NCBI RefSeq assembly: GCF_000143415.4
Contig: NW_003314304.1
Span: 254,169-318,168, forward strand
Origin: Selaginella moellendorffii
Taxonomy: Eukaryota; Plantae; Lycopodiophyta
Length of the DNA: 64,000 nt
Direction of reading: 5' to 3'
The notes below the pieces were generated by a model. The model searched no databases and was not told the origin of the DNA. It saw nothing but the letters and a program-made list of their open reading frames with translations. The position numbers and the translations under genes were made by a program. Of the stretch, positions 61,702 to 64,000 are shown in pieces; the stretch's first letter is position 1; each line of letters starts with the position of its first letter.

Positions 61702-63145
61702 ATGGAGAATGCCTTTGCAGTGATGGCGATTCTTGCGTCAGTCTTCTGGAGCACAGCGGTCTCCAAGTTCTACATCGAATCGTGCTCGGGCGAGGACAAG
61801 TGTAAATCGCTGCTGGGCTATCGAATTGTTGCCGACACGAGGATCTCAAACGTGGTGGCCATGTTTGGAGTCACCACCGATGAAATCCTGGGATCAAACA
61901 ACTACGAGGTCGCGATTCCAGAGCCCGACGACGTGATCATCCAGGCCCAGGAGCTCCTCCGGATCCCAGTCTCGTGCGCTTGCTCCAATGGCATCCGGCG
62001 CACCGATTCCATCGTCTACTCTGTCCGCCAGGAAGGCGAGACGCTCTTCTCGATCTCCAATGAAGTCTTCGGAGGGATGGTCACTCCCTTGCAAATCTTC
62101 CAGGCCAACAGCAACGATCCAGGCGGGGATTTGAGCGAGAGGGGGCTGAATTCCAGCACGGAGGTTGCAATTGGGAAGAGATTGCTGATCCCCTTCCCCT
62201 GCGCTTGCAACGCGGGGAATTTCAAGGGGATCCCTGCGATGTTCGTGTCTTACATGGTCCAGAGAGGGGAATCCACGTTTGAGATCGCGAGCTTGTTTGA
62301 TTCCAGCGTTTCCAGCGTCGTGGAGCTCAATGGGATGCAAAAGGGATCATCCCTCGCGGCTGGAGACGTGCTCGAAGTTCCAATCCCAGGCAAGTTTTTT
62401 GAGAATTCAATGATCTCTCATCTTCCAAAAAAAAATGGAAAATCCAGCCTGTGAGTCATCCTTTGATTCGAGAGCTGTGGACTATGGATTGATGGTTCCA
62501 AACGGGACTTATACCATCACTGCCGATCGATGCGTCCAGTGTTCTTGCAACTATCCAAGGTAAACCCATGATGAGATCTTGGATCATGGAAAGATCATCT
62601 ATGTTTTTCCAGGCTAGATTGCACTCCTGCTCCATCCAGCTCCGGATTTCCATGTCCAGCTCCTCGCTGCGCCGGGAGCAATCTCAAAATTGGTGAATTC
62701 ACCACCAAAGCTTCGCTCCAAGGCTGTCAAGTTACGTCTTGCTCGTACAATGGTTTCCACGACTCGGTCATCTTCACTGGGTATATAAAGCGTTCCTCTT
62801 TAAACATAGATCTATAAACCTTGTAACTCTTCCATTTGCTCTTTCTTTCTCAGCTTGGAAAACACGAATCAATCAACATGTCCTGGTAAGTTTCATGGTT
62901 TCGAGATCGTTGATAATCGTTTTTTTTCTCTGGCAGTTTCATCACCACCTCCAACATACAGGCAGTACATGCCTGCCTCGACACCTGATTCATCGCCCAT
63001 CATAGAACCGCAGAACATTATTTCGAACCAAGTCACGCCGATCAATGCTGGAACAGCTCAACAATCCTCTTCTTCGTTTTCCTCGTTTCATCACATCGAG
63101 AAGCGTTTGCTAGTACTCACATCTCTCACACTACTACTACTCTAG
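61702..63145 (+). CDS. LysM-domain GPI-anchored protein (LYM/LYP/CEBiP-like), multi-exon
   Basis: Signal peptide, three LysM modules separated by CxC (IPVSCAC, IPFPCAC), Cys-rich second part, Ser/Pro-rich linker and hydrophobic C-terminus. Confidence 0.92.
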
Positions 63146-63462
63146 ATCCAGGTGTATATGCATACTCTCCTTTAAGAAAAGAAGCGTCTTTGTGTATATA
63201 TATATACTCAAAAGCTTCTTCTTTGGTAGAAAAGAAAGAAGAGCCTTTTTTTTTCTATAGTTTTGAATCTACTTTTGTATCTCACATTCGAGGACGTAGC
63301 TCTAGCAATAATGCAGGGTCATGGGACCTTGTGGCTGATTACAAATCCAACAAAAGGCGAGAACAACGCACTTGTTTGATCATAGTTTGCCGAGAAAGGC
63401 AAGCTTTTCCACGGTGTTCTTTTGCCAACTTTGCAGCTTTCAAGGCACGAAACAAGTTTTAG

Positions 63463-64000
63463 TCAAGACGCAAAGATTAGATCGGCCAATCCCACGAACG
63501 CTGCTGAGTTACTTGGATCGACCCCTTGCAAGAGCTGCGTGGCTGCTTGCCTTCCACAACTTGTATCAAAGTGGAGCCTCGACGCACCAAGGAGAGTTCC
63601 CAGCTCCGCGGCATTTGGAACGAACGAGAAACTCTCCACCATTTGCTGTGCTTGGTTGATCTTCCCTGCCCGGCCAAGTATGTCAATCACACAACAAAGC
63701 TGCTCTCTCGACGGCTCTATTCCAAAGTCATCTCGCATCGACACAAACAAGTTCCAGCCTTCCTGGAGGAGTCCGATGTGGCTACACGCCGAGAGAACTG
63801 TTCTAACACAGCCCTTCTCGGGCTCCACTCCTTCCAAAACCATGAGCTTGAAGAGCTTGATAGAATCTTGGATATGGCCAAACTGTGCAAAAGCAGCTAT
63901 TATAGAGCTCCAGGCAATCTGGTCTCTCTCCTCCGGCATTGTGTAGAACAAGCTTCCTACCTCGCGCAGATGCCCGTTTTGGGCATATGACGAGAGCATA
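63463..64000 (-). CDS. PLS-class pentatricopeptide repeat protein (3' part; runs off the window)
   Basis: AWSSIIAAFAQFGH, VLSACSHIGLLQEG, CVIDILGRAG and an E-domain-like LLGASRLH tail. Confidence 0.93.
   Translation of the reverse strand, partial: MLSSYAQNGHLREVGSLFYTMPEERDQIAWSSIIAAFAQFGHIQDSIKLFKLMVLEGVEPEKGCVRTVLSACSHIGLLQEGWNLFVSMRDDFGIEPSREQLCCVIDILGRAGKINQAQQMVESFSFVPNAAELGTLLGASRLHFDTSCGRQAATQLLQGVDPSNSAAFVGLADLIFAS

Overview
Plant nuclear DNA. The ~50-bp introns, compact GC-rich genes and PLS-type PPR suggest a lycophyte such as Selaginella (inference). Positions 1-47,100 are a nested transposon island. It holds two copies of a Ty3/Gypsy chromovirus (family A), a related non-coding LTR family (B), 5S-carrying Cassandra TRIMs, a second TRIM (D) and two DNA transposons. 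The deepest nest is B <- A <- Mutator-like element <- B <- Sola1/DUF7869-like element; the three middle insertions are fixed by target-site duplications. Positions 47,800-64,000 hold a YvgO-like ORF plus CLE, ALF4, dirigent, NTF2/SnoaL-like, LysM-GPI and PPR genes. Highlights: (1) two unrelated DNA transposons each carry, divergent from the transposase, a ParB-like gene followed by a prokaryote-type amino-methyltransferase(-like) region. (2) The Sola-like element is studded with about 20 copies of a 24-bp palindrome (consensus AATGGCGTGAGGCCTCACGCCATT), and the Mutator-like element has an array of long GNRA-loop hairpins between its genes. Together these suggest a transposon-encoded ParB/parS-like self-recognition or DNA-modification system. 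(3) The integrase of both chromovirus copies is split by two 47-49-bp spliceosomal-type introns. All TE ORFs are decayed by C-to-T/G-to-A changes. Family assignments come from motif recognition by eye, not database searches.
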